Source of the DNA: Asterias rubens
Taxonomy: Eukaryota
DNA: 64,000 nt
Direction of reading: 5' to 3'
Assembly: GCF_902459465.1 (NCBI RefSeq)
Contig: NC_047077.1
Coordinates: 8,184,001-8,248,000, forward strand
Positions within the stretch are counted from its first letter, which is position 1, and every line of letters starts with the position of its first letter. A model generated the notes under the pieces. The model saw only the letters and a program-made list of their open reading frames with translations. It was not told the DNA's origin and did no database searches. Position numbers and translations under genes: made by a program. Positions 36,752 to 51,143 of this stretch are shown here, piece by piece.

Positions 36752-39700
36752 CTAGTACGGAGCACCCCTGCTGTATCCTCCTCCCCCACTGCTTCCACTG
36801 TATCCACCACCACTGCCTCCACTGTTGTATCCACCACTACCACCACCACTGCCATAGTTTGTCCTTGTAGACGACGAGTACGAATTATTGCCATTAGAGT
36901 ATCCACCGCTGCCACCACCACCACTGCTGTAACCCCCAGAACCTGAAAGAAATAATAACAAAGATAATAATAAACACTTGTAATGCACTCCACCCTCATG
37001 GGTGTTTAAGGAACACACTTTTAAGGAGTGAAAATTTTGACTCCACAAAATGGCTAACCATGTTTCTTCCCGACGCAAAAGGAAAACCGTACAATTTCGA
37101 ATCATGTCTGCGTGGATCATTATATTCTACTTTTAAATACTTTTTCTAACCATATGCATTTCATAACAAATGGTTCCAAACACTTTTCAAAGACTAACTC
37201 AACCGATCCAAGGCAATGTGTTCCTTTAATATTCATATTCATAATAATAATAGTAGCTTCTTTTTTAGTGTGCATATCCATAACTCAGTGATGCTCAAGG
37301 ACCTTTAGCATAGTTTTGTTTCTGCAAGGTATGTGGGACTATGTTTGAATTATGAGATCTACACCTTTTACATAGCACCATATCACGGTTTAAAAAGGTG
37401 CTTCGCCACAATATGCTGCCAATCAAAACACGAAGGTGTTCAAAGCGCAGTAAAACAAAAAAAGAACAAAATGAAAGAAAACAGACACAACAAAATTAGT
37501 CCTTGACAACCTTGTCACTTTCAAGAATTGTTAAAGGCACTGGCACTATTGGTAAGTTCTCAAAATAATTGTTAGCATAAAAACCAACTTGTTAACAAGC
37601 ACTGGAGAGCTGTTGTAGTATCGTAGTTTTCGAGAAAGAAGTAATTTTCCATGAATATTATTTTGAGACCTCAGAATTACATTTTGAGGTCCCAAAATCA
37701 AGCATCTGAAAGCACACAACTTGTGTACAAGGGTATTTTTTGTTCCATTAAATGTCTCGCCACTTCGACGGCCAATTGAGTTCAAATTTTAACACGTTAA
37801 TTATCTGTGCATATGTTGAGATACACCAAGTGAGAAGACTAGTCTTTGACAATTACCAATAGTGTCCAGTCTCTTTAAGATACTCCTAAACCATACCTTA
37901 GGAGTACTGACACACTAAAAAATATCAAAACGGTTTTAATACCATACGAGGAGTACTGACCACCACCACCGCCGCCACTTTTCATTGGTCCATAGCCGGA
38001 GCTGCTCTGTCCATAACTAGATCCTAAGCTGTCATAGCTACTACCACCTCCTGAACTATAAGAGTCATTGTACGATGAAGCACCACCGCCACCGCTTCCG
38101 TAGCTACTACCAGAGTAGCTGCCTCCTCCACCACCACTGCCATATCTGTTGTAACCTACAGACCAGGGGGAAAAGAAATAATTAATGAAGCGACAAGATG
38201 AACACAATGAACTGAAGCAGCCTGGAGGCAACACTTTAAGAAGGTCCACCCAGCGATTGTTCTATGTGTTTTAGTAGCTTTGATACAAGGTGTGGAACAG
38301 AAATAGTTAGCCGAATTTAATTTGACTTGAGAAATTAGTATTTAAATTACATAACGAGGTAAGTAAACCCAAAATTTATTTAGGCGTTTCTGGAAATATT
38401 TGTTTAACTATAGTACTAGTTACAAACAGCCAATACTCATCGTAGTTACGTCTGATTATCACCATCACTCAGAAAAGTCCGAATTCAGATAGAAGTGTAA
38501 ATGTCTTATCCCTGAGTACATGTATCAATTTTTATAGAATTTTGTTAAGACTAACAGGCCTGGAGTTTCATCTTTGAAAGGGCAAGGCAAATGTGGAACT
38601 TCTGAGGAGACACCAAGGCCAAAATCAGGGGCAATGAAGGTCATGGCCTCCATGTGATCCCAGGCCCGGGCTACTTAGCAACAGTTTTGTTGGGGTTTTT
38701 TTTAATCAGGGGAATACAATCTGAAGATTGAAGAAGGAATATTATATCATGCCTGAAGTCTCACCTCCCCCGCCTCCTCTGCTGCTTCCTCCCTGTCTGT
38801 AGCCTCCTCCACCACCACCATTATATCCACCGCCTCCTCCTCCATAGCCACCACCACGGCTGCCGAATCCACCACCACCGTATCTACCACCACCACCACC
38901 ACCGCCGCCGCCACCACGACGCTCTCTGTCTCCTTGTGGCATGGCCTTCTTTACGTAGAACTTCTGCCCGTTGTACTCATGGTCACCTTGTGCTGGAGAA
39001 GGAAATGAAAAGTTCACAATAAGTTTAGGCAATATCACGATAGAATCGAAAACCCAGATACCAGATCTTGAACAGTTACGATAATGCAATATCGGTAAAT
39101 AGCGATTTTGGTGAAGATGTGTGTTTTTCTTGATTTCGTCAAAAGCCTCATATTATTAAGGCTTTGAATTGTGATCCTGAAGGGGCACATCAATTTTTCC
39201 TCTGGTAAGGGGCACTTAATTGAGGACATTTTTTGTTTGTATTGCAATCTTGCGAAGAGAACTGCCTTCGAAAACCTTTGAAGTCAAGGGAAAACTTTTA
39301 AAGGAGCAACAAGATAAAGACCAGGAGACTGGAGGCCATGACTTAAATGATTGAAGTTCATGTTAGACTCAACCATCGTCTCATAACAAAACTTCGCGAA
39401 AACAACACTTACAGACAAGGTCATCCACAGCTTTCGTCTCTTCTAGCTCGACGAAGGCAAACTTCTGTCTCTCTCCAGTGTCCCTGGACATAGGGATCTT
39501 GACGCTGGTGACTGTGCCGTGGTTCCCAAAGAAGTCATGCAAATCATCCTCTGTCATTTGTGGGGGAAGGTTTCCGATGTACATCTTCTTAACAGCTCTG
39601 CCGCCAGCACCGTCCTGAGTAAAGAAAAACGCGCTTACTCAATACAAGTTCTGACAGAACAATGAACACGTACATGTAAGGCAGCATTTGAAACAGCGAC

Positions 39701-42698
39701 TTCGGTTTTTACAGCTAAGGCTTGTTGCGCGCGTCTTCCTATTCTCCAACACTGGCAGACGCGATGATCTAGCCGTAGCTGTAGCTGAAGTCCCAGTTTT
39801 GGACACGGCCTAACTGTTTATGTTTTCTTCAAAACACAGTTACTCAATACAAGTTCTTATCCATTTCTCAGGGGGAGGAAACAGGCAGAATGGCGGAAGG
39901 GAGGATACATAACGTGGAACATGTTACGGCAAAGCACATGCAATATGACATTGTGGCAGGTGATTTGCATAAATTTGAGGTACATCCTCTCAAAGCCAAA
40001 ACAAGAATGTACAAAGGGAAGGTCAATGAGTTGCAATCTTACTCACCCTCCTTCCACCACCACCACCATCACCGCCAAATCCGCCTTGTGATGACTGAAT
40101 GAGAAAGTTAAATCATTTAGAATAATTGTAACAAGTCCACAAATCAACGTATGACCTTTCTCCAACTGCCACCTCCACAATCATTGCACCAATTAAATCA
40201 ACTGTGTGAGAATCGGTTTATGAGCTCATGACCATGAGTCTGCTGAGTGCGGAAAGGACTTTACCTATACTTGGAATGGTGAATAATTTCCTTCCGCTCT
40301 GAGCAGACTGGGTCTTTCTAGGGCTTTAAAATCCTTTTTGCTCTGAACCAGTGAATTACCTTTCTGCTTTAAAATGAAACACTTTGCCAAAAACATATCT
40401 TAGTATTTGTCTCATGAGAGACAAATCGTGAAACCCAGCTGCAAATATTTGAACTCAAGACTTTTTACTAATAGATGTATTTAAGTCAATTCTCTTTCAG
40501 TTTCTAAACCCTACCAATGCTCTAAGCAAGAAAGATGCACCACATCAATACAATAGGACGTTGGTGCTTAAGGGAATCTCAATGTACAGATAATGCTAAC
40601 CACTAGGCTACTGGCCACATTTTGTGATGCTGCATGATGCCACCCTAAGCATGGGAGCGGTGTAGCTTGCAACCATTTTTAAGCCTAATTAAGTGCACAA
40701 TATTAAATACATGGCAGCCAAAGTGGTGCAAATGCTTACAGGTCTCTTTGGAAAATTGTAAGTTTGGAGAAAAGAAGGGACAGGCTTTGCAATTTTAGTC
40801 AAAATCAAGCAGCCTTTATTAATCTTGCTTCAAGAGAAAATGTTGGCAGGTTGTATTTAAACGACCACACCCACCTAAATTCAGTGTCTAAATGTTTATT
40901 TTTATCATTATCATTATACCTCTCTTGGAACTGCTCTTTTGACTTCAACGCTGTTGCCAAACATGTCTTGTCTTCCACCGTCGTTGTTGGCTAGGACATT
41001 CTCTGTATCTTCAACTGATGACATTGTGACAAAGCCAAAACCTTTAGACTCTCCTGTCTTTTTAGTGATGACCACTTGGTCGACAACTTTGCCGAACTTG
41101 CAGAAGTGGTTCTTTATGTCATCGTCTGTTGTGTCCCGGTGGAGACCACCAAGAAACAACTTCCGCATCTTTTCCTGTTATCAAAAATAATCTGTTTTAA
41201 CCTTACCATCCTAACATTTATTCATTTTATAAAGTTATATTTATTCCTTTTCTAAGGTAGAAAAATTACACTATTGCACATTGGTAAAAGCAATGTCGCC
41301 TCAAGCTCAAAGAACCGAACAGACTTGGGGATTCTTGTTATAAATACACCCTGTACTCGGCTGTGTTGTATGAAACAGAGCAGAGGGATCTAACTAACAT
41401 CTGCAGAGCGGGTCTTTACATGACGCCCGCCCGCCCTCTGTTGTTGGTAAGCACAAAATCTACCTGCATCATAATGGACTGGTCCAAACTCGGTTTTTAA
41501 GGTTTCTGTGTAAGTTTAGATTTTTTCTGGTTAAAAATTCACTTTTCTTGAAGTTTTCCATTACATTTCTGTTTTTATTATAAAGCACACATAGTTCCAA
41601 TTTGTCTTTGGTTTATTTGCTGTTTTTAAGGTATTTGAAACCTGTTGTCGGCATGTTGTCGGCGCTCCTGGCCTTGTTGTCGGCGTGGTCGGCTTTAAGT
41701 AGGACCCCAGTTGATCCTTTTTTAGGGTGCATACCTTTTTTTTTTTTTTTGAGTTTTCGTTTTTTGCATCCTCCATCACCATGGCATTTTGACTTGGCGG
41801 CCATCTTCATAAAAAATATGTATAAACTAAAAGCCCCTAATCCTCCTCTTAGGAAAAATCCGGACATTCAACTGGTATTTTTTTATTTGGCCTAGGCCAA
41901 GGCCTAATTAAAAAAAGAACATTTTCTTTGTTTACTGTATTGAATACAAGAGAGAAGCATCTGTATTAAAAAATGTCTGGGGAAAAAAATTAATAGTTTT
42001 TTTCTTTTGTAGGCATTTCAATGGATGCCATGACATCGACTACAAAAACATTCTCATTCCTGTTGATTATTTCATTTGCCTGAGTGAAACAATTTGATTT
42101 TAACGACACATGAAGTCATTGAAAATCAAAGAGAGGCTGCTTTTTGATAATTTTGACTTACCTGCTGAGCTAAATAAAAGGCAAATACACCTCCTGTCCA
42201 CTGGCAAAATTTAAAGTCCCTTTTTCATACAAAAATCTATACATCACGTGACGATGCCCCAAATTTCACTCAAATATTCAGTTATTTGACGTGTATTTTT
42301 AAATTTCTCAGTCGAGTTGAACACACCAGTTACAATTCTAAATATTCTGACTGTATTATAGAAGCAAAATAATTCGGTGGCACAATAATTTGGTGGAATT
42401 TGAAGTAGGAAAGCAACCACGCGTTGCCATTTACAATCACGCATCGCCCCAACAAAAACCACGCTTTCCTTTCTTTGTAATTTCTAGCGCACCGCACAGC
42501 GTCCTTTTTTATGACGAACACCTCTGAAGAAACACTAAAAAATCACATAAAAGGCTGAAGTATAACATTTTTTTATTTAACATTTCTAATGCTGATATCA
42601 TACTAAAGGGTGTCTTGGCAATTTTAAGAGAATTAAAAAGCAACATTCGGTAAAATTTTAAGGAAAATACTTACGTCTGTTCTGTCACGGCCTGCCAT
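36752..42698 (-). CDS. hnRNP A1/A2/B1/A3-like RNA-binding protein, paralog A (2 RRM + Gly/Tyr/Ser-rich tail)
   Basis: Exons in transcript order 42698-42675 (MAGRDRTD), 41174-40920 (RRM1: LFLGGL, KGFGFVTM, VEVKRAVPRE), 39614-39413 (RRM2: MYIGNL, KFAFVEL), 38992-38765, 38155-37943, 36942-36752 (ends YSRGAPY*). Phases consistent. Introns after KRAVPRE and after AVDDLV match positions I recall from vertebrate HNRNPA1. The first exon is the least certain. Confidence 0.9.
37535..37874. mobile_element. K1 MITE, reverse orientation, in the hnRNP A last coding intron
   Basis: TTAA at 37531-37534 and 37875-37878. Confidence 0.85.
38557..38670. repeat. Dispersed repeat caggcctggaNtttcatctttgaNagggcaagg family
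   Basis: Related copies at about 61166-61280 and 61696-61800. Confidence 0.6.
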
Positions 42699-42794
42699 TT
42701 TTGAGTTCAGAAATGATGATGCTGCTTCCCCCCTTGCTGTTATTTTCTGAGGCTAAAGAGATAAGGTGTGTGCGCGTGCGCGTTATGCTCTGGC

Positions 42795-42800
42795 TTTATA
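42795..42800 (-). promoter_or_regulatory. Candidate TATA box of hnRNP paralog A
   Basis: TATAAAG on the minus strand about 100 nt upstream of the AAAAATGG start, in a CpG-enriched stretch (42760-42960). Confidence 0.45.
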
Positions 42801-43236
42801 TCGCGCATTCACCTTTTGTCCGATTTTACGCACGTCACTAAATGAAAAGGAAAACAAAGGCTTCCACGCATGCGTACAGTAGCACGTCTGTGATTGATTG
42901 ACAGATTAAGATCACGTGGGTGAATGCATCGCGCTTTTTGGCGGTAAAAAAGTGTTTTGTTAGTTTTGGGTGTTCGTTTTCCAGCGGGGGAAAAACCTAA
43001 ACTGGTCTATTTTAAGTTTTGTTGTAAATGCAAATTGTCCCCAGCCAGCTCATTAATTTTTTCGTTTTTACAAAAACAATAATGATTATTCAAAAAGAAT
43101 AATATTAACCACTAGCTGAAATGAACACATATGGGGAACTACATGTTTTTGCTTGAGTCGTGTGATGTGAGACTCGTAATAGCGGGAGCTTATAAAAGGC
43201 CCCCCCCCCCAATAACACGATAATATTTGGGTCAAT

Positions 43237-43250
43237 CCACAAGAGGGCGC
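43237..43250 (+). promoter_or_regulatory. CTCF-like motif upstream of hnRNP paralog A
   Basis: CCACAAGAGGGCGC, close to the CTCF core CCASYAGRKGGCR. Confidence 0.45.
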
Positions 43251-44879
43251 TATTGAATCGACTTTTTCAACCTACTTTTTGATGAATGGGGGCGCGGCAG
43301 ACGAAATTATTGTTGCAGGAGGATAGGCTAGATGGTTCCACATACCATCACCAACTTTATTATACGCCTACCATTGTGCTACCATTTATCCCTAAACCGA
43401 GAAAGACAGATTGAAAGAGCTTAAAATAACTAGACCATCACCCTTAATTACTTCATAATAAAAACTTTGCAGAGAATTGTAAAATAATTTCAGGATGGCA
43501 TAATACATGTTGGCTCCATGGTGTTACCATCATATTGAATAAGAAGGAACCCTCTTACCAATTAATTAACTCATTTCCCATCCATTGTTCAAATCGGAAC
43601 CTTGTGGGTATTCACCAAAGTGTGTTCTGTCGACACTTATTATATTTGAACCATTTGGACATTATATCTTCCAATTGGACAACATTAACCAAGTTTGGAT
43701 TAATAAATGAATTTGGAAAAACCATGGAGCAAAAAACTAGACTCCTTTGAAAAACTAACCATGGGAAACATTTAAAACCATTTTGACAAAGTTTTTCCCT
43801 GCGTATACGTATGCTTCAAGGACCAACCATGGGACTCACGGAAATCATGGAGGTACTGAAATCATCAGTGAGTTAACAAGGTGATTTGGGAGAACAAAAA
43901 TAAAGTTTACAAGTTGTTTCAGGGAGTCCTATACCATCAGTGGGATGCCACAAACAAGAAAGGGATTGTGCTTTGGGTCGGTGCTGTCGATCCATGCTAC
44001 CTCCTTGATTCTACCATCAGTGGGATGCAAACAAGCAAGAGACAGTGCTTTGGGTCGGTGCAGTGATCCATGCCCATCAGAACAATACATGAATGGTTCT
44101 AGGGATACACTTTGGGGGTTTTCATCAGAAATTTGCTAAGTTATATTTTATTTTGCTTTCAGCAGCTCTATAACGGCCCAGAGCTTAATAAGCTGCCTCG
44201 ATGAGACCATTCAACCCCCATGGTCTGAACATCCAAGAAGGAAATGACTATTTTCCCCACTCCTTTTCCTTACTCCTTTCCCCACAATTAGTGATTGAAG
44301 CATGAATGGAGGAATATATCTGTGCACAAATAAACCTCCATTCTTGCCTGTCTCAGTCACTAATTAATTACTTGTCTCCTTCTTTCTACCCTTGATATTA
44401 TCCTTTGTGTTTCCATCTCATTGTGGTCAAACCACTTCCCTACCTACCCCATCCCACTTTTGACTCCCTATTCATTGTTTATTCATTGTTTACCCCTTGC
44501 TTTTTTCTGGTGCATGCTTTCTGACTCTCTATTCATGTATTTCCTCTTCACTGCTTATGTTACACTTAGTTACCAGTTCATGTTTGTTGGTTGTTGTGTT
44601 GTTCCACATAGTTGACACGTCAGGCTATGAACTATTTTTTAGGTTCCGTGAAATATCACCTTTCATATTGAGATATCTCCCTTAGTACTAGTGATAAAAT
44701 GGCAATGATGATATTTGAAGAAAGTGGCAATTCCTGAAAGGGTGTTGCAGTCTGGGTTCACCTTAATATTCAAAGCCAAAGTGACCTCCTCCCATGTGTT
44801 ACAATTCAGGTTTACAGATTCTGTGCATCACAAGAAATACAAAACAGGTTGGGACACAATTTGTATATGCACGGGACAC

Positions 44880-45364
44880 ATTTGGTTATTGTAAAAGACC
44901 AGTATTCTCACTTGGTGTATCCCAACATTTTCACAAAATTTGATTTGTGAAATTTGGGCTCAATTGTGGTCATATTGAAGTTGCAAGAGAGTAATACAAG
45001 AAAAAAACACCCTTTTTGCACAAATCTGTGTGCTTTCAGTAGTGGCCTGGCAGAGGCATCAAGCCTGGTCTTTTCTCTGATTCAAAAATCGAGTGAAACT
45101 ACCTCTTTTATCAAAAACTATGTTACTTCAGAGGGAGCCATTTCTCACAATATTTTATACTTTACCAACTATAAGTTATTTTATGCCAATATATTTTGCA
45201 ATTGAGTAATTATTACCAAACATGTCCAGGGATGGATTTCACAAAGAGTTAAGACCAGTCTTATCTCAAGTTAGTCCTCGTCCTTACTTAGGACTAGCCT
45301 TAAGTTTTTAATATCTTCTAAGAACAGTCCTAAGTTCTTTGTGAAATCAACCCCAGTGCCTTTA
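44880..45364. mobile_element. K1 MITE with an H2 element nested in its right TIR (45230-45353)
   Basis: Host gtcCAGtgccttt is split; CAG duplicated at 45227-45229 and 45354-45356. Confidence 0.8.
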
Positions 45365-47663
45365 AAGCCTTTACTTCTTTCAAGAAAAGGAGGGTCCAGG
45401 TTTTGAAAACCCTGAAATTAGGAGAAAATACTAAGAAATCACACACCGACCTAACATAGACAAAAACCTGCAAAACCATAGAAGAAACTTGGGTCTTTTT
45501 GCATTTTAATGACATCACTCAACTAGAACTTACTAAGGAAATGTGTAATACTTACAAAATAGTTCAACAAAAAACTTATTTAGAGAGCTAAAAAAAAAAG
45601 ACAGTTTGAAAATATATCTATGCATGACTAGTACATAATAATATAACAAAAAAAGTGTATAGTTTACTTGAACCTTTTACATAAGCTCTTTCTTTTATTC
45701 TGCTCTATAAGGACAAAATCATTTGGCAAACTGGCAAGAGAAATGATGGAGTTGGAAGAGTAGACTGTTGTACACCTATCCTTTCTTTGATGTCGATGAG
45801 TTTGGTTATTTCAAAGTGTTTTGTGAGATTGTAAAGTGTTATTTTATATGGCAATAATACGTGGACAAAATTGGCTGTGCAATAGTTGCAGTATTGGTGA
45901 TTAATGAAGTCTTTAAAGTGGTTATGATGCACAAAGGTCATATGCAAGTTATTGAGGTCAACATGACGAGACCTATGTCAGCTTAAAACCAAGCTACACA
46001 TTCGCGAACTGTCCGACAGTTTATGCAAATAAAATACTTCTTGGTAAGCTTTTTAAAAACGGACAAAGCGAAATATATGATGGTGTTGCACAAGACAGTT
46101 TAGGCAAACCACCACCACTCAATTGCTTTAAAAGCCACACCATCATAAGGCAATTCTTTTTTTTTTTAAAGGCTGTTATATATAACAAAATATAAGTACA
46201 GTTTTATAGTGGTCATTATGTCAAGCAAAATACTTGTTTAAATTCTAATACATCTGTACAATTTAATTACGGGAGCCCCACCTGGAATCCCAACAGCCCT
46301 TTGATCAGCTCCATACCGACAGCCACTCAACCCCAACTTGTACTTTAGGCTGTGTCTGAAACAGTAAACTTGGCTACAGCTACGGCTAGATCCACGCGTC
46401 AGCCTTCTTCGACACTGGCAGACACGCTGGTCTAGTGTTTCAAACCGTTTCGGACCTGGCCTCAGACTTTTTAACAACCAGAATCAATCCCAACACTGTG
46501 TGTGCACAGTTAAAATTACAGTGTGCTCCAACATGAATAATGATTGCCATCAACTTCCATCAGCACACACCAAGTGTAATGCTAGCTGTTGGATTCTGGG
46601 TCCAATTTCATAGAGCTGCTTAGCGGCCGATTTTGAGCTTACTGTAAGATTTCCATTTCATAGCGCTGCTAACCGTTATCACACAGGCGTGCTAACCTTC
46701 CTATGCCTACTGCACGGAAATGAACGACGTCACAATATAAATCCATGGTGAATACGCAAGATGGCCGCCTAATTTTCTTGCTAACCTGTGAAATACGCTT
46801 ACACCTTTGCAAATTTTATCTGCTACAGTAAGCCTGAAAATTTGCTTACCGTTTAGCAGCGATATGAAAAAGGTGTTGGTTATACACAATAGGTTTATAA
46901 TAATCATTGATACCATGTATTCAAACAATCAGTATTAAGTACTGCACTCGACTAATCGCACATTTCACTTCGTCTTTTGGTGAAACGACTTTTAAAAATG
47001 CACTTCAAAAAGACAACCTTGAACATGAGTGACTTTGTCTTGAAGAAATAACATTTCTTGGTTTTACTTTCGGATTAAATTGGTTGCATTCAAGAACCCC
47101 AAGATACTATGAAAAAAGGCATTCAATACAGTCTGGACCAAATTGCATAAACCTGGTAAGCACAACAAAGTGCTTAGCACCGGAAAATCTAGCTGAGCAG
47201 ACACAGGTTACCAGCCAAATTACAATGTGGTGTTTATTGTTTACACTGGTTTCCAACTAACTTCATGCTTAGCAGAAACATTTGCCCAGCACCATCTTCT
47301 GCTTGAAAACAGCTCCATGAAGTTGGACCCAAGGTCTAGTTTCATAGAGCTGCTTAAGCACAAAATATTGCTGAACAATCTTCTGCTAAGCTAAAAGGAG
47401 CAAGATATCAGACAGAAGCCATGTGACCCAGTATTTTGGGTGGTAAATTTACCCTGGTAAGCATAATCTAGTTCTGCTTAGCTACCTTTTTTGCTTAAGC
47501 AGCTCTATGAAATTTTGCCCAGGTCTTAGATTGTTTGAATTCATTCACAATAAAATAACAATGCAATAGGCGTCACTTCTCACCAAGATCTTTCCCCCGA
47601 TTGAGAACCATTAATATCCACATGTGGAGAAGAGGTTTTCAATCGGGTTTAAAATCTACCCAA

Positions 47664-47865
47664 GTGGGTGACTTTGGAACACTAGGTGGCGGTAGACAGA
47701 CCGGACACATTTCCATTGTTTCAGTTCCTGGTAGGCATACATATCCAGGAACATAAATGCGCTTCCCTAGCAGATAATTTGTGTAGGTAAAGCAAGCACA
47801 CATCTTCAGAATAATGGCTGTACCCGGTTCGCCTGACACCCCCTAGCATTCCAAAAGTCGCCCAT
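47664..47865. mobile_element. MITE whose TIR contains a CTCF-like motif
   Basis: gggtgactttggaacactaggtggc ... caccccctagcattccaaaagtcgccc. Confidence 0.65.
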
Positions 47866-48390
47866 TCAGGTTACTTTGGGAGACATTAAATGACCCGTTA
47901 AGCATTATTCAGGGTTAACAATCCTTTGAGATTGAAAAACCTGGGTTGATATCACCGTGGCAGTGTTTAGCATATAAAGGTGTGGAAGAGTAATTACTAA
48001 CAAATAAGTATCTTATGGTTGATAATGAGCTGCGTTTATTTAAAATTTAAGATTTTATTTTACGAGACAGTATCGTACTGATTGGCCAGAGGATAGAGAA
48101 CACTTCCAAGATCTTTACCATGTGCTTGTCATGTACCCTGTATTCAATAATGGTTATGCATATACAGAATCTCCTTACATGAAAATGGGGCCAGACTTTC
48201 CTCCTTGGCTTTATTTCAGTGACTTGAATGGAAGGAAATGCAGAACGTTCCATCTGCCATACATGAGAAACAATTAACCAATTTGCAAAAATGAATCACT
48301 GAAAGATGGATACACATGTGTCTGCCTTGGTAATAGCCACTTGAACAAAAGTCACATGCGGTGACTGTGCAAGCAGGACTGATACTGTAC

Positions 48391-48682
48391 CAAAGAGTTA
48401 TATATAAGAACTAGAGGGTGCACTGGTGATGCTGCTTGCACAAACGCGACGGGACCACAAGATGACCAGCGTGCCATTCTGTACGTGCGTTGAATATGAA
48501 ATACACGTTTGATTTTGTTTTATTGAACGCTCACGCGATGCTGTTTGTTCAAATTACAAAATGGCCGCACAAACACACGCTGTGAGATGGCTGTTTTGTC
48601 AACTTAGAAAATGGCCGCCTGCGCACATGCCGGGGCGCGTAATAGGCCAGTGCGCCATCTAGTTCTTATATATAACTCTATG
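48391..48682. mobile_element. MITE with about 35-bp TIRs containing CTCF-like motifs
   Basis: agagttatatataagaactagagggtgcactgg ... ccagtgcgccatctagttcttatatataactct; possible TAC duplication. Confidence 0.8.
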
Positions 48683-51143
48683 TACTTTACAAAGGCAACA
48701 AAGGCCGATACTTCACAAAGGGAACTCAGGCAATTGCCTCGGTTGCCCCATGTCATTGCCTTGGTGCCTCTATAGTTTCCTCATAGAGGTGCCCTTATAT
48801 ACCAAGGAGAAATCACATTGGTGCTGGCTTGGTTAACGTCTAATGTTGTGAATCCAGTTAACAACAAGCATGACCTCAACTCTGCCTCATGCTGACTACA
48901 ATGTGATGATATTCTATGCTTATAAATACAACTTAATTTGCCAGTCCTTACAAATGAGAAAGTAGCCTGAAAAATGGTAAGATATTCTTGTCAGTATAAG
49001 TAGTGAATCATTTCCCCAAAATAGACTTGAAGGAATTCCCTTCAAATAAGGCCTGATGGTTAAATACAATCTCTTTTCAAAAACCAATATCGTTTACAAA
49101 TTTTACATCGACACAAAACTTGGCAATAATTATGTGATATATTTTAAATCATTCCTGCGTAATGGGAGTTATCCGTGATTATTACTTTCTTTCATCTAAT
49201 TTAATTTCTTTCAATTACGTGTATACCAAACATTTCATTTTTTTCTTCTTTTGTAATAATTTCTAAGAAAGTACACTGCAATAAAATATAGGGTTAGCAA
49301 TAACGCATCATTGAGAGAAATAATTTCTTTTGAGTTGGGAGAAAAATTCACTTATCGTTCTAGTTCTTTCGAGTGACGTTTTAGAATCCAGTCACGAAGT
49401 GGCCATTTGAGTGGGTTCCTGGCTGTCCCCCCTGACACCCCCATGCCAGTGGAATCAGTTGTAGGGGTTTTGCTCTTTACGCTTTTAGCGTCTACCCCTG
49501 AAGGAACGGTTGGCTTGTTGTTTAGCTTGTCCACTAGCTCATTCTCTAAACCATATTTGATATGGAATAGGGATGCTTTAAATATTGAACTAGCCAGCAG
49601 TACCCCTTTTGGGTCAACTAAGACTCGTCCTCAAAGATTTTAACTAACATGACTTCAGTTAAAGGAGAACGCTGGTTTAAGCCCAAGACTGTATAGTACC
49701 GAAAATCACAGATGGCCACTTTTGACAAAAGGATTCATGGAATTTCAGTTTTTTTTTTGTAGGGATTTCCAAAGTTGTATTTTCACCACTTTTGACCCCA
49801 AAATACAAAAGTGAATCTTTGGATAGAAATATTTACAATGGTTTCAGAAAACAAAATACATCTACAGTATACAAGAGCAGCGAGACCAACCAATTGCTCA
49901 TGATTATTCATGATTTAATCAAAGTATGTCAGCCAATGACAGTGTAGTTTTCATGGGTAATTTACATATTATAATTATAATTGATCAAAAGTTAGAATTC
50001 AATATTTAAATTAATCACTGAATTGAATTGGGACACAAGATTTTGCTCACCTTTAATTATTTTCTCTCAGTGATGAGAATATTCTTTTAGAGGAAGGTGT
50101 CTTTTTAAGGACGCCATGTGTTTTGAGAATAAAAATAGATACATATTTGTGGACAACATTGAGTGGCTTTTAAAGCCAGGTACTAAAGCCAGGTACTACA
50201 TGTACATGTATAGCCGCCGTTATCAAACTTTGTTTGGAAGCAGTGTGTTTTGAAAAACCTCATCAAACAAAAATTTCTCGATTGATTTATTTTTCAGGAG
50301 GAGTTGTGATTCAAGTAGATCAATGCTGGTCGAAATTTGAACTTACAAAGTATTTGTTTCCAGCTGAATAGACCATGGAAACACAGCCAGCCGTAAAAAA
50401 AACGTGTCATCAACTACTCCCTAGCCGACAGAAATGATCAGTCCACCCCGGGCAGACGTTAAAAAAAGCAAAACTCTTTGGCAAATTCAATTAGGAAGGC
50501 TTCAAGAATAAAACAATTAAAGAAGAAATATGACTGAAGCATTAAGCACGTTTTCTTTTGAAGAGAGTGTCGAGTGAAACTCAAAATCCGACTGCCTTAC
50601 AAGCATTGACAGCCGTGAAGCTTTCTTTACAAACAATTACCTGTGATTTGGATTTCCATTATAAATATATGCCATCTCTTGCATAACATGTCTGCTCATA
50701 CGTCGACTAAAAGTCTCCATTGGATCTCTGGCCGTCCAAAAGTTAACCTCGGAATACTTCAAGTTGCAAACTCAACAGCGACTCTAAGAGTCACCATGTG
50801 ACTGAATTACTACAATGAGTTGACGGACATACATACACTAATCAAAATAAACGCTTGCAACTTTTCGTCTTTGTCTTTTGTTTGCAACTGGAAGTGTTCA
50901 ACTACTTAACAATTAGATCATTCAACAACATGGGACTTTTCACTCTCATAGGAATTACCATATCAATGGAAGTTTCCCTGCTGGTAGGTTTTCCCACTTC
51001 CAGGACAACTTCCATGGACAAGGTAATTCCCTTATCAATGACAACTTTTCCTTTTTTTAAGTATTAAATTAAGGAAATCCATTCTACATGATCACATTGC
51101 CTTACATCTCTCCCGCAAACGGCTATCTACACAGCTTCCCACA

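Noticed and set aside
41613-41867. 84-aa Lys-rich ORF as a separate gene
   Set aside because: Depends on a poly-T run, lies in hnRNP A intron 1, no recognisable domain; kept only as a candidate cassette exon.
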